From: Craspedostauros australis
Taxonomy: Eukaryota
Reading direction: 5' to 3'
Assembly: GCA_030167865.1 (NCBI GenBank)
Contig: JALAGF010005434.1
Coordinates: forward strand, 1 to 64,000
DNA length: 64,000 bases
Shown here: positions 33,987 to 46,153 of the stretch, piece by piece
Position numbering within the stretch: position 1 is the first letter of the stretch
Layout of the letters: every line of letters begins with the position of its first letter
Notes under the pieces: model-generated
What the model saw: the letters and a program-made list of their open reading frames with translations, nothing else
Database searches by the model: none
Told to the model about the DNA's origin: nothing
Program-made: the position numbers and the translations under genes

Positions 33987-35618
33987 ATGGCCGAAATTAC
34001 ACCCACCGAAACGCAGGCAGTAACCGAGGACATGGTGCCGACTCTCACGACCGACAAAGATGCTGAGGCGAAGCCGGAGGCTGCCGCTGAGCAGGTCGCT
34101 GCACCAGCCAGTGAGAATGAGTGGCAGGAGCTCATGGGAAAGGATTTGGTCATGAAGGTGTGTGCGTTGTTCTCATTTTGGTCATGGCACCGCACGAATG
34201 TGGTTGACACATTTCCAGGAGGCGCATGCGCACGAATCGCGAGAGGCAGTTGACATCCCAGTTGACATCCCATCACGTATCTTCATTGACGCTCACTGTC
34301 TGCATCTATTCATCCATCCATTCACCATTCATGCTCATTTACGTTCACTTGCGGCCCAACGAATGCACAGGTCCTGCCAGATTCCGAGGCCATCGGCACC
34401 GTTTCCAAGTTCACCAAAGAGAAGGAACCACAGGAAATTCAGCACGGCGACACGGTCCTCGTCAACTTCATCGCCCGCATCGCCGACACCAAAGATGATA
34501 CCGATGGCGAGATTGTGCAGAAGGTCAATGGTTGGCTCCTGGGTCTGGGCGACGGCGACGTGCTGCCGGCCATCGAGATGGGAATGCGATTCCTGCAAGT
34601 GGGACAGACGGGACGCGTCTGGAGCCATTCCAAATTCGCCTGGGGTCCAGGACGTCGCGTGTGGAAGGACGACGGTGCCAAGGACAGCGCCGAGCTACCG
34701 CCCAACTCGAATGTCATGATCGATATCACCGTCACGCAGCTCGTCGTCGACACGTCGCGTCTCAATCCGTATTTCACGGTGCAGCGTGCCACGACGCGCA
34801 AGCACATTGCCAACGACATCTTCTCGTGCGAATTCTCCACGACGAAGGATATTGCGCAGGCCGCGACCGAGAATTCGATGTCCATTCCGCGCGCTTTGCG
34901 ACTGTACCAGCGCGTCGCGGCCGATATGGAGCAGTTGCTGAACGGCACGTACTTCGCCAGCGTCGAGGCGGATCATCCGCAGAAGGCGCAATGCAAAAAG
35001 CTGCGATTGGATTGTCTCAACAACACGTCCGTCGTCTACATGAAGCAGGGCAAGTACCACGACGCCAAGGAAGCCGCGGTCAAGGTGTTGGCCATCGATC
35101 GTACCAACCTCAAGGCATTGCTGCGCGCCGCCAAGGCCTCCCTGCTCGATCCCGCCTCGACGTTGGAAGAGGCCATTGCGGCGCTGGATGCCGCCGATAA
35201 CGCCATCACCTACAAGAATCCGAATGAACAGAAGGAAGTCAAACGCATGCGGGCGCTGTACAAGCAAAAGGCCAAAGACTACAAGGACACGACCAAGGCC
35301 ATGTTCGGCAACAAGCTGCAGTCGAAATCCAAGAGCAAGGCGAAGAAACCTGTCGCCGACAAGGATGCCGTTGAGAAGGACGCCGAAGCGCCAGCGCAGA
35401 CCGGCGAATCGGATGCAGCAGCGGAAACGCAACAATCAGAAACGCCAACGAAGACGGAAACAAGATCAGCACCAACAACAGTGGAAGATGAGGGCATCTT
35501 GAACCGAACGAACCGCATGCTGCTGCTCTTCCAATTGATCTTGCCCTTCGCGATGTACGGATTGTACTATGTGCTGAAGCACCAGCCGACGGAGTTGGAA
35601 GATGCTGAGGAGTTGTAG
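33987..35618 (+). CDS. FKBP-type PPIase with TPR repeats and C-terminal TM anchor (FKBP8/FKBP42-like; exons 33987-34157 and 34371-35618)
   Basis: FKBP-like LGDGDVLPAIEMG...KFAWG...PPNSNV, TPR-like NLKALLRAAK, and a C-terminal hydrophobic segment. GT-AG intron in phase 0. Confidence 0.87.
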
Positions 35619-37141
35619 TGCAGTGTGGGACAGGGCTGTACGGCAATACGGTACGGGCAGTAGAGAAGAGCGGAGTGAGCGGAACAGAGCCGAACAGGGC
35701 TGAGCAATTGATCCTCCATCATGGAGAAGGAATCATGATCGCGATGCGTTGCGTGAGCGAAGGGTAAAGGAAGCTAATCAGGCTATTATGTAATATGGTC
35801 GAAAATGTGATACGATTCCTTGGAGGAACGAGGGAAGGGAAGTCCAGTTGAGTTCCATCTGTGGAGATGGATGGATGGATGGATGGATGGATACGGCCGC
35901 TTGATTTGTGGTGACTTTCGCCATGTGCCAGCGCCACGGAGGTTGCGCGAGGAATGTACGCATGATGCCCATTCTTTCGTGTTGTGTACCATACAACTCC
36001 CATGTTGTGGACAATCGCGACCACGAGGACCAATTTACCTACATTTGTTGCCTCATCCATGTCGATGTTATGGGAGCAGAGCGGGTAATTTTCCACAGCG
36101 GAAGGCCACCGGTGAAACAAAGGCCGTTTGGGTGCTCGTGATCATGACCAAATCCCGCAACCAAGGGTGACATGTTCATAACAACAGTCCACAATGGCAT
36201 GGACAACGCTCTACATAGAGTAGCCGCTATTTTGACTCCGCGTCACTCTTCGTTCGCCAATGACCATCATGTGCTTACCTACGCCGATGGCCACATAGTC
36301 GTACTCAACGGACAATCAGACCTGCCATGGTCACACAACCAGGTGGGGACACACTCTATGATGATCGCAGCAGCGCCACGCATCGCGTCGCATTGCATCG
36401 CTTCCTCATTCGGGGCTGGTCTTCTCTTTTACCTTCACCGGTTCATCGCCACAGAAAAGTGATCAGGTTTGTGGTCGTACGCCCATTCGCGCTCGAAAAT
36501 GTGAGGCAAACTTCAGCCCGTGCGTTCGAAGTAGTCGAACTCTTCGTCGTTTGTCGCACAATGTCACGCTGTTGGTTTTTCACGATCAGCCTCAATGCTG
36601 TGATTCTTGTGGGTTCGTCATGAGCGAATTAATTGTGTCTTGCCACAATCCAACCAAAGGCGTTGCGCACACAACGGCATGCAATTTTCGCGATACATGG
36701 ACCGATTTGGCCGGTGTAATAGTCCCCCACACCAGAGATGGTGGTGGTGTGCAATGATTGGAGCAAGGAGAGAACATCGTGCGAACATCAAAGGGACTTT
36801 CGCGGTCTTCTTCTCCCTCTCTGCGCATCTCTGTCTCCTCGGCTTTCGTTGTTGTTGGGTCTGCCATCCTGAATCGCTGAAGCCGTTTGCGCCGGTTGTG
36901 GGTGTCTGTGCGACCGCTGTGTTGGTATCCATCGCACATTCCATGCCAAAGCAGAAGCAACATCGGCAGCATCGGCAGCAACAACGACTACTTGGCGAAA
37001 GATCCCACATTGCATACCACAAGGGTCACCCATAGCATCATCAATACCCGCAGCCATAGCGACAGCCATCGCATCAGTGATAGAGACAGCATCAGCGGCA
37101 TTGACAACGACAACGACAACGACAGCTTCGGAGGCTTGGAG

Positions 37142-39979
37142 ATGGTGTTGCAGATGGATCAAGACGCGCCCCTCTACTGCGACCATGAGACGAGGAACAG
37201 CGTCAGCGGCAGCAACCACTTCCATGGGTTGGCATCATCCTCATCTCCATCCAGCATGCGCAAAGACCACGGCCAGAAAGGTGGCAATGCCGTTCCGCAG
37301 CCACAGACAGAACCACTGTCGCGGCTTGGAGGCGCGCTGGAACGGCTTCACGCCACATCGCAGTCGTCGCGAATGATGCAGGGCCTCAAGCAGCAAAGGG
37401 CCGATCTCAAGAAGGCGAAGGCCAGGAAGAGGCCGGTGATGACACCATCGTACCTCATGAGTGGTGGCAGCATCAAGCGGGCCCAATCCGACATGCAGCC
37501 TCGATCGCAGATCATCGATCCGCAGTCTTCTCCAAGCAAGCACGGCCAATGGCATCCGCCATCGACACGGTCTCTGCCCCTTGCCAACAATCAGAATGAG
37601 TCGGCGACATTCCAGGCGCTGTCGATGCCTAACGCCGCCTCGCCTTCCACCAGACGACCTGCGCTGCGGCAGAACGTAACGCGCGGGTCCACGTTTCCAG
37701 TTGACGCAGAATCGATTGCGCCGGAACTGCGTTTCCTGCAAAGCCACGATGATCTTATCACCGACGGCGACGACCATGCATCGGCGCCACAATGGCAGTC
37801 GTCGCAACGATCGCTCGATTTCTCTCTCGACGGCACGATGGACGGCACAGTCAGCTTCACGGAACGGCACCAAGCGAGATTGATGCGATTGGCCGCGCGG
37901 CGCAGCAACAAGAAGCAATCGAAAGACATCCAACATGCCGCAACGACATCATGGCGAGAACCCACGTTGGAAGACTTGGACGCCCCGATCTTGACCTACC
38001 AGCGCAGCGAGAACACGATCGAAACGGTCGAAGAAATGAGCAGCGATCGTGACATGATCCGCGTCGACATGCTTCCCAACATGATGCCCGATCTCAAGGT
38101 CGCCACGTCGGGAGAAGTCACGCAGAGTACGGCGACGACCATGACGACGTTGGCATCGCAAACCTCGGCAGGATCCATTCAGCGCTTGCCAAGATCGTCA
38201 AGGTTGCGGCAGAGTCAGCGATTGTCACTGACATCGCAACGGCAAGCCTCCATGCGTCTTTTGGATGCGATACCGCATCAGGATGGTTGTCAACGATCCG
38301 TCGAGGATACGTCCTTGAGTTTGCTCAATTCGAACGGAGGTGCGGATACCCTGACCAATGACGACGAGCAGGACGACGAGCATGTGGACGCAGACGACGA
38401 CGCAGACGATGATGATGAACAGGATGGAGTCGGCAACCGCAGAACCACAGCGCAGATCAATGTTTCGCTCATCGCCCACCAAGATGATCTCACACGGGAC
38501 AGCACGCTTCCATCAGAAGATGACCCGCTGTCCAGCATACCTCGATCTGCATCGCCTATCTTGTCGTCGGACGCCACCCAAACGCTTCCAATCACACAAA
38601 AACGACGGATGCCCGAACCATCCACGGACCGCACCAACGCTGTTGAGAAGCCGTCTTCCCGACAGCCTCGCCGCAGACCTGGACCGGACGCCGGACTTCA
38701 ATCTCCACCGTCCAGGTCAGGCAAGGCGCGGAGCCAATCGTTCATGTCACCCAACAGTTCTTCGGCCGTCGTTGCTGGCATTGCCTCTCCTCCGTTTCGA
38801 AGCCTCGGTCGACCCGCGATGCCGCCCAGATCCTTGTCATCGCCATTGTCCTTCGCATCACCAATATCGTCTGGCGGCCTGCGTCGACGCATGCCGGAAC
38901 CGCCGACGAGGTCCAACAGCTTGGTGGTGAAGAGTCTCCCATGCGTTGCCATCGAGGCAATCATCTACGGCGACGCGGAACAACGCAAGAGCATGGTGCT
39001 CGCCGCACCGCCCGTGTGTCACATAGAGATCATGCCGCCCATGATGGAGGATGGAGCCGCGAGGGATCCGTCGTTGCTCGAGCCGGCGCAGCGCAAAGAC
39101 GACGCGTTGGCGCCAGAAGCGTCGATCCATCGCGGTGCAGCGACATGGAAGTACGAGGATACGACAGGTCAGATCGAAAGTACCGGCTTTCGCATTCCAG
39201 AGCAGGAACAGGAGGAGCATTCCAAAGTTGACGAAGAAGGGGACGTTGCAACAGCGCCCACGCAGGATGTGAAGGAAGATGCTCCACCGACATATGCTGA
39301 ACCATTCTCCATCAACCAAGGCAAACTGTTTGCCTCCAAGAGTGCGTTCGAAGACATCATGGGGCAGCATCGTGCAATGGCTGAAAGTGCAAAGCACAGC
39401 GAGCGGCAGGAGCGGCAATCAGAGCTTACCGACATGGTTGACTTCACGAATGTCGGACTGCAAAGCGTTCGACGCAAGAGCTTCACATTGAGCAACAACT
39501 CCTTCATCATTGACTACACCCACACGGTGGACTACAAGGGAGAGACCATCTGGCAATGCAACAGCCAATGCTGCGGCGACTACTACTCGAACATCGGCAC
39601 CACCACCATGTGCGTCCTGACGGCGAAGACCCTGCGCGTCATTCAATTCCACAAGCAACGCACGTGGATTGCCAATTTTGAACACGACACCAAGACGCGT
39701 GACGAGTACGACGTCCTCTCCTTGCTGCGGGCCTCTGCCGAGCTGTACGCCACGAACAACAGCAACAGTGTTGACAACAGCCAAGAAGACGACCAACCTG
39801 CGCAACTGCCACCGCAAACCATGTCGAAGACGCTGCAGCAGAATCATTCCTTCGTGACGCAACGACGATCGTCTCAGCTGGCACGCATGAGCATGGTGAG
39901 CACGGACACGAGCGGTTCCTTCCGGTTGCAACCCGTGCCGCAGGTCGATGACATTGATGATCTGCTCTTCGTCGAGTGA
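37142..39979 (+). CDS. Large, mostly disordered S/R/P-rich hypothetical protein
   Basis: Open frame of more than 2.8 kb with low-complexity composition and a short folded-looking segment near the C-terminus. Start uncertain. Confidence 0.7.
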   Translation: MVLQMDQDAPLYCDHETRNSVSGSNHFHGLASSSSPSSMRKDHGQKGGNAVPQPQTEPLSRLGGALERLHATSQSSRMMQGLKQQRADLKKAKARKRPVMTPSYLMSGGSIKRAQSDMQPRSQIIDPQSSPSKHGQWHPPSTRSLPLANNQNESATFQALSMPNAASPSTRRPALRQNVTRGSTFPVDAESIAPELRFLQSHDDLITDGDDHASAPQWQSSQRSLDFSLDGTMDGTVSFTERHQARLMRLAARRSNKKQSKDIQHAATTSWREPTLEDLDAPILTYQRSENTIETVEEMSSDRDMIRVDMLPNMMPDLKVATSGEVTQSTATTMTTLASQTSAGSIQRLPRSSRLRQSQRLSLTSQRQASMRLLDAIPHQDGCQRSVEDTSLSLLNSNGGADTLTNDDEQDDEHVDADDDADDDDEQDGVGNRRTTAQINVSLIAHQDDLTRDSTLPSEDDPLSSIPRSASPILSSDATQTLPITQKRRMPEPSTDRTNAVEKPSSRQPRRRPGPDAGLQSPPSRSGKARSQSFMSPNSSSAVVAGIASPPFRSLGRPAMPPRSLSSPLSFASPISSGGLRRRMPEPPTRSNSLVVKSLPCVAIEAIIYGDAEQRKSMVLAAPPVCHIEIMPPMMEDGAARDPSLLEPAQRKDDALAPEASIHRGAATWKYEDTTGQIESTGFRIPEQEQEEHSKVDEEGDVATAPTQDVKEDAPPTYAEPFSINQGKLFASKSAFEDIMGQHRAMAESAKHSERQERQSELTDMVDFTNVGLQSVRRKSFTLSNNSFIIDYTHTVDYKGETIWQCNSQCCGDYYSNIGTTTMCVLTAKTLRVIQFHKQRTWIANFEHDTKTRDEYDVLSLLRASAELYATNNSNSVDNSQEDDQPAQLPPQTMSKTLQQNHSFVTQRRSSQLARMSMVSTDTSGSFRLQPVPQVDDIDDLLFVE

Positions 39980-40660
39980 GCAGCAGTACTGCCGTTGTTC
40001 ATGGAACTGTGAGGCCATACACCGCCATTCCAACACATAACATAGTGTAGTATCATAACATATACTACGACACCGGAGAGAGTGCCGCAATAGACAGTGA
40101 TGGACTGCTCTCCTCTCTGGTTGGTGCAACGTCTAACTCGACGATGATGCTATTTTGGCGCCAAACGTGACTGAAAATCGCACACGTTTGAAATCAAAGC
40201 AGTCTTTTTGATGACTGACAAGGCGCGCTTTTCGCGCTGCAACTTCAAACGGCAGCAAAAAACGATCAATTTTGAACCTGGTGTCTTTGTGCACATTTGG
40301 ATTCTGCCTGTCTCTCTTGTGTTGAAGTGATTGATCCATGGGAAAGGCCGGATGGATGCCGAGAGCGCAATCGTATCGAACAGATTGAGAGAGTACGAGC
40401 TATAGAGTGTGGCATTCCACCAGAAAGTCTGCTGAGAGTGGTACAATTCAGGCGCAAGTGGAGTATAAGAGAACACTGTTTCAGTGGAACACGTTGAGCA
40501 TCATCGAGTTGGAGTTGGGGTAGTAGTACAAGTGAGAGTACAAGTGAGACAGCAAGCGAAAGCGAAAGCAATCCCAGGCGGCGAGCTCCAACCAAGAGCG
40601 CTCTTGGGCACTTGCCATCAGCATTGTTATCATACCAATCAACATAGCATACCAATCAAC

Positions 40661-42397
40661 ATGCCAAACTCATCATCAACCATGAGAAGCAACAGATACG
40701 AGGAGGAGGAGTACTACCAGACGGACCGCCATGCCTTCCCCACGAGCCCTCCGAGGAAGACGGGGGACATGACGCCGGCGGTCTCGTTCCCCGCGGACAC
40801 CCCGGCGCAGCCCCAATCCAAGGCTTCTGCGTACATCAGCAGCAACAGCAGCACGACGAGCAACAGCAGCGGGGTCAGCGATGTCGCTGGCAATGCGGTC
40901 GCACTGGCATCCTCTCTGCCCTCGCGCGTCACCATAGAATCCGACGCCTCGTTTGCTGCGACGGCAGCCGAGCGGCTGGCTGCGGAAGAAAGGTCGTCGC
41001 CGCACGAGAGATCGTCAGCGGACAACCACGCTGGGCGGTCGTCCTTTGTTGCGGCCGAATCCAAGCCGCCGTCCAACAGCAACAACAGCAATAGCAGCAA
41101 CAGCAACACCGAGCAAGAGACCAACAGCGCCCTGCTGCGCAAATGGACACCCACACGCGATCATCCGTCCGATCCCGACACTGCCTGGGTGGCATTGGCC
41201 ACGGAGGTCGACGCGCTGGATCAGACGGTGGAACAGATGAAGAAGGACCTCGAGGGCCTCAAGAGGCACGGCAACAAGCAGCAACGACAGCGACAACACC
41301 AGATGGACGCGCTAGAGATGCGCCAGATGGCGATGAACGAGGTCCTGCGTCGCATGGATGCCGAGCTGCATGGTCGCGATGTCTACGAGTACGGCGACAT
41401 CCTGGCCGCCACGTTCGGCAGCCGCAAGATATTCGCGCATCGTGCCATCGGCTTGGAGGCCCTGCTGTGTCAGTTCATGCACCAGATGCTGGCCAAGCAG
41501 CATCAGCTCAAGATCATGAAGCGGGCCGGCAAGGACATGCAGGCGCTCTACAAGCAGAATCGAAATCAGGTGCGCGACGAGTATCATTCCTACCAGGCCC
41601 TCACGGTGCAGATGGAGGCGTCGAGGCTGTCGCTCGAGAAGTTCTACGAGGATCTATTCTCCTCGCAGCATCAGCTGCTCTCCAAGCTCATGTGGTTGCT
41701 GCAGCATCCCGAGGACTACGATCGTCAGCAGCTTCTGCGCAATGCCATGAATTCGACGCCACGCAAATCCACCAGCGCGACTACAGCCCTGCAACGTCCC
41801 AGCAGAAACCAACGATACAGCGCACCAACCGGTCTCAGCAATTCGATCAGCCGCTTGTCCGAAGTCACAAGCAGCGGCGTCCACGCAAACAACGAGACTG
41901 CCGACGAAGACTACGCCACGCCGACCGCGGAAGACAAGGCCATCCTGGATGCCAGCTTGGACGATGCCGGGGCGGTCCTCTCGATACTCAAGACGCCATC
42001 GCGTGACGACTCCGTCGATGGCCTCTCCGTGACCTCCTCCTCGTCGCGTGGCACGCTGGCATCGAAGGCGAGCGAGATCTATGCCGCGTCTCGCATGAAA
42101 CGCCGTTCCGTACCGACGACGAAGACAGAACCGACCGTCATGCCGCGCACGGTCCCATCGACATCCACAAAAGACAAGCTGCGCGCCTTGGAGCAGCAGC
42201 GTATCGCAGCGGGCAAGGCGCCCCTGAAGATCCCCATCGACGAGAGCACGTTGACGGCCGTGCCGTTGTCGCACGAACCGACAACGCAGCCGCAAACGAA
42301 TCCATTCGAAGACAATTTCGTGCAGCAGAGATCGAGGAGATCCTCACTGTCATCGTCGTCGTCGTCCATCATCCCAGAACCGGGTTATGCTATCTAA
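40661..42397 (+). CDS. Hypothetical coiled-coil protein
   Basis: Long ORF with strong GC3 bias and a heptad-rich Q/E/L/K central region between Ser-rich termini. Confidence 0.78.
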   Translation: MPNSSSTMRSNRYEEEEYYQTDRHAFPTSPPRKTGDMTPAVSFPADTPAQPQSKASAYISSNSSTTSNSSGVSDVAGNAVALASSLPSRVTIESDASFAATAAERLAAEERSSPHERSSADNHAGRSSFVAAESKPPSNSNNSNSSNSNTEQETNSALLRKWTPTRDHPSDPDTAWVALATEVDALDQTVEQMKKDLEGLKRHGNKQQRQRQHQMDALEMRQMAMNEVLRRMDAELHGRDVYEYGDILAATFGSRKIFAHRAIGLEALLCQFMHQMLAKQHQLKIMKRAGKDMQALYKQNRNQVRDEYHSYQALTVQMEASRLSLEKFYEDLFSSQHQLLSKLMWLLQHPEDYDRQQLLRNAMNSTPRKSTSATTALQRPSRNQRYSAPTGLSNSISRLSEVTSSGVHANNETADEDYATPTAEDKAILDASLDDAGAVLSILKTPSRDDSVDGLSVTSSSSRGTLASKASEIYAASRMKRRSVPTTKTEPTVMPRTVPSTSTKDKLRALEQQRIAAGKAPLKIPIDESTLTAVPLSHEPTTQPQTNPFEDNFVQQRSRRSSLSSSSSSIIPEPGYAI

Positions 42398-42790
42398 AGC
42401 AAGATAGATAGATTAGGCGTGCAACAGTAAGCATGCAGAATACTTAGCCAGAGTTGATGACAGACTTCATGGTGTCACTGAAAGTCATTGTGTATTGCGG
42501 TGTTGTCACGGTTGGGTCATTCTGCAGGTTGGATGTGTCTTGGGCTGCACAACCAGTCATCCAAGTGGAATGGCATGCACGATCAGTTGGGAGATGTGCA
42601 ATGGAAGGGGACACTCCGACCATCATGCTTGCAAAGAGGAGGGATAGGCGGCGTGTAGCTACACATACATGTCTCTCTATTATCTGCTGCTCTACTCCAT
42701 ACCAATCGTGCTCTGCGTTGCCGCGCCGCGCCACTCTGCTGATGTTGTACAATGCTCTTATTGGTAGAATGCAACCAAAACTGTCTCGCT

Positions 42791-44191
42791 TCATTGCCGT
42801 TGAGAAAAGTGGCAAATTGTCTTGGACCGATGCAGCGGCACCTGATCTCGCATCGACGATGCCGCCCGGTGCCATTCCTTGATGTCGTCCTGCGTCCATC
42901 CTGCCACCACCCGCAAGCGATGTTTGCGCTGTGCGTAGTCCATCTTTTGGAGGTTTCTATGCCTGCGTTGCTTGCGATTCTCGTAGTCGTCGACGAACAT
43001 GCGCTTGGCGGGCGTTGCGTACGTCCAGTCCAACGTCAAGGCCAGGTCGTCGTCGCACCAATCATGGTAACCGGCCGTGATGTCGTATTCTCGGATCTCG
43101 ACATGATCGAACGTGACATGACGCTGCGATGACTTGGATCGTCGTCGTCGTCGTCGCTGTTGCGTTGATGATAGGATGGATGTGCAATGTTGCTGTTGTT
43201 GCTGCTGATGCTGTGGTGATGGCGGAAACACCGTTGCGCCTTCGCAGTCGACCTTGCTTTCTTCCACCACCATGTGGTCCCGGCATTCCACGATTGAATG
43301 CATCGCCGATGTGTCATGGGGACTGTGGCTGTTGGACGGGGGGACTGTGGTCAAGGACTCGAATGATGGTCGGTGCTGGTGAACGGCCGCGACTGGCATC
43401 GTTGACGATGAGGATGAGACTGGCATTGGTTGCACATAGGCATCGTCGTGGATGGCATCCTTGTCATTGAGCACCACCATGGACTCTTGAAGCAGCGGGA
43501 AGTCGCCCCAACCGAAGGCCTTGCTGTGTTGCGTGGCACCGACGCTCGCTTTTGCGGTCCCGCGAAGGCTATTGGCTCCGTTCCACCGAAGGATGTCAGC
43601 GGTTGTCAGTTTGATGATTGGCATGCTGCCATGGCTCAAGTTGCTGTTGAGGATGTCTCGCAGCATCATGTTGTCGCTGCTGTTGTCGCTGCTGTTGTCG
43701 TTGTTGTTGCGTGAAGCAAAGGTGGTGGTTGTGCGATTGAAGGAGCACGTTGCTTGTGCGAGTGTCGATGATGTGTTGACTTTGGTTGGTTTCAAGTTTT
43801 GTGATGACATGGAAGACGAATGATGGGAGTTTTCCTTGTCGTCTCGGTTCTGATTGCTTCTCGTGTTGCGATTTGGGCGAAGCCTGGTGGAACGATTTTC
43901 TATCGAATTCACTGGTGTCCCATCCAACCTCGCGGAGAATAGTTGCTGTGCGTGGCACTCAGAGCAATTCTGATGGCTGACGTCTCGAAACCCTGCTTGG
44001 GAAGAATGCCTGTCGGAAGAGGGAAATGGCGCTGAAGATGACAACGAAGATGTTGCAAGAGACGATGATGACGACGATCGCGCTGACGACTGCGATGCAA
44101 GAGACGATGACGGAAATGATGAGTGGGACAGTGATTTCGGCTGAAGCATTCCACGGTGTCTCTCCCTCCGACTTGTGAGCAAGAGAACCAT
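42791..44191 (-). CDS. Hypothetical Ser-rich protein with diatom-type VxF..VEIREY...LDW motif
   Basis: C-terminal RHVTFDHVEIREYDITAG...LALTLDWTY...VDDYE. Start uncertain (ORF open from 44581). Confidence 0.72.
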   Translation of the reverse strand: MVLLLTSRRERHRGMLQPKSLSHSSFPSSSLASQSSARSSSSSSLATSSLSSSAPFPSSDRHSSQAGFRDVSHQNCSECHAQQLFSARLDGTPVNSIENRSTRLRPNRNTRSNQNRDDKENSHHSSSMSSQNLKPTKVNTSSTLAQATCSFNRTTTTFASRNNNDNSSDNSSDNMMLRDILNSNLSHGSMPIIKLTTADILRWNGANSLRGTAKASVGATQHSKAFGWGDFPLLQESMVVLNDKDAIHDDAYVQPMPVSSSSSTMPVAAVHQHRPSFESLTTVPPSNSHSPHDTSAMHSIVECRDHMVVEESKVDCEGATVFPPSPQHQQQQQQHCTSILSSTQQRRRRRRSKSSQRHVTFDHVEIREYDITAGYHDWCDDDLALTLDWTYATPAKRMFVDDYENRKQRRHRNLQKMDYAQRKHRLRVVAGWTQDDIKEWHRAASSMRDQVPLHRSKTICHFSQRQ

Positions 44192-46153
44192 GATGGGCGA
44201 TGCGGCTTTTGGTGGGGTATGGGGACGTTTGGGTGAAGAGACCACGAGAGAGAAGGGAAGGAATGTACTCGTATGGTGCGGGTGCGAGTGCGAGTGCGAG
44301 TCCGAGCCACGAGGATGATGGCTCCAACAACCACTCGTGTTACGATACAAGTACCTACTCGAGGGGATAAAGCAGTCTCCGGACGGGCTAACTTTCGTGA
44401 TTGGCGTCTTCCGGGCGGGCTGTTCTGCACCTGTCACCAAAAACGAATGGTCATGTGATGTGCTGTCGCGATGAGTGCTCTGTTCTGGTTTTGCTCTCTG
44501 CCTTGTTGTTTCCGTTGTGGCCCAGTGGTGATGCATGAGCTTCGTCAATCCGTGATGCGCTGTGTCGTGTTGACATCCCATGTGTGGTGTGTGTCTGATG
44601 TGGTGCGATGATGCACCATGCGATTCTGATAATGGCGATGACGCCGATCAAATTCCTTGGTGAGGATGGCCTGGCTCGTGTCAACACAAATCGTGATGAT
44701 GTGTTTTGAGTTGCGCCTTGTTCGTTTGTATGTGCGGGTCTTGTGTGTCCTGTGCGCATCGTGTGAGTTTGTCTTTTGTCTGTGTTTCTGTGTCGGTTTC
44801 TCTCTCTGTGTGTGTGCGAATGTTGCTGTCGTGTGTGTGCGAGTGTGTGCCGTTTGCTGAAGTTGGCCTTCTGCGGAGAGGAAGTGTGGACTGTGTTCGA
44901 AGAAGTCATCGTGGCGGAGAGGAACGATGTGTTGCAGATGCGCCGCCGTTGGTGGTGATGGTGGCGATCGGATGGCGGCTGATGAAGCTCCTGTCGTCTG
45001 GTCGGCATCCAGCTTCCCACGACAACCAACAAAAGCGCAAGCCACAGAGAGGACAAACGTGGACCTCACGAACACAGCCGAACCCCTTTCTGCGTCTGCT
45101 TCCTCTCGCTCTCTTTGATGGCCTTCTGTTGTTGACGACGACGAATGACATCGGCGTGACTGAACGCGAAAATGTGGGCATCGCGCAGTCAATCAAGGTT
45201 CGCATTTAGCCTTTTGGTATCCGATGCCATTAAGTGAATGTGAACGAACTGTCAGTGACGCAACACGAGAAAGAAGAAAACGAATTTCATTCGTGAGGAA
45301 CAGCGAGAGGTCGCCATTCGACTGCGTCGACTACGAATTCGGATTCGAAAGTGCAAGTGCGAACCTGAATCTCCGATGACGAACGCATCTTCTTCATGAA
45401 CGATTGGTTCACCTTGGTTGATGTCACGCCGAAAACAAAGAGAGGAGAGACCCATCAATTGATGGTTGGCGCTGCCTCTCCCTCTCCTCCTTTCTGTGCC
45501 TGACTGGCTGGCTCTGTCCCTCACATCTCTGCAGAAGATACGACCTGCCTCCCCCTTGACTGCTTGGAGAAGGAAAGAGCGGCACGATCTTGACGTGCGT
45601 CCCACGTCTGCAAGGTTTGCTACCAACACGATCTTCCTGTACCCGCACCCGGATCCAGAAGAAGATTCTCACTTCAAGCGGGAGAGATCTTGTGGATGAT
45701 GGGACCGATGGTCAACAGATGGAGACAAACGGAGCCAAAGAAAAAGATCGGCAGGCAGCGACACTTGAAGTGGCCCATGTTGGTTGAACCTCACCTGTTT
45801 GCGATCCATCCCTTCAATCCACTGCCTCAGTCCATCCCTTCAATCTATCATCCCGACGAAACTGCAACATCAAAGGGAAGAGCGAGCATGCCCTCTTGTT
45901 CCAAATGCGCTGACGTTGACTGGCATCACACCGATCACCGCATCCATCCTGTTCAAGTGTTCGCCTCTCTTGTGTTTGTTCGACTGGAGGGCGAATGTCA
46001 TGTGAGAATGAAGAATGACGCACCTATTCTATGTTCTTCTCTCACTTGTGGCATTAACTTGCGTTCAACAACAGGAGTATGATTATGTTCATCGTGTTAT
46101 GCTGATACAAATAGGAAGTGCTGCAATCCTCACTCCACTCTGCACTTCGCATG

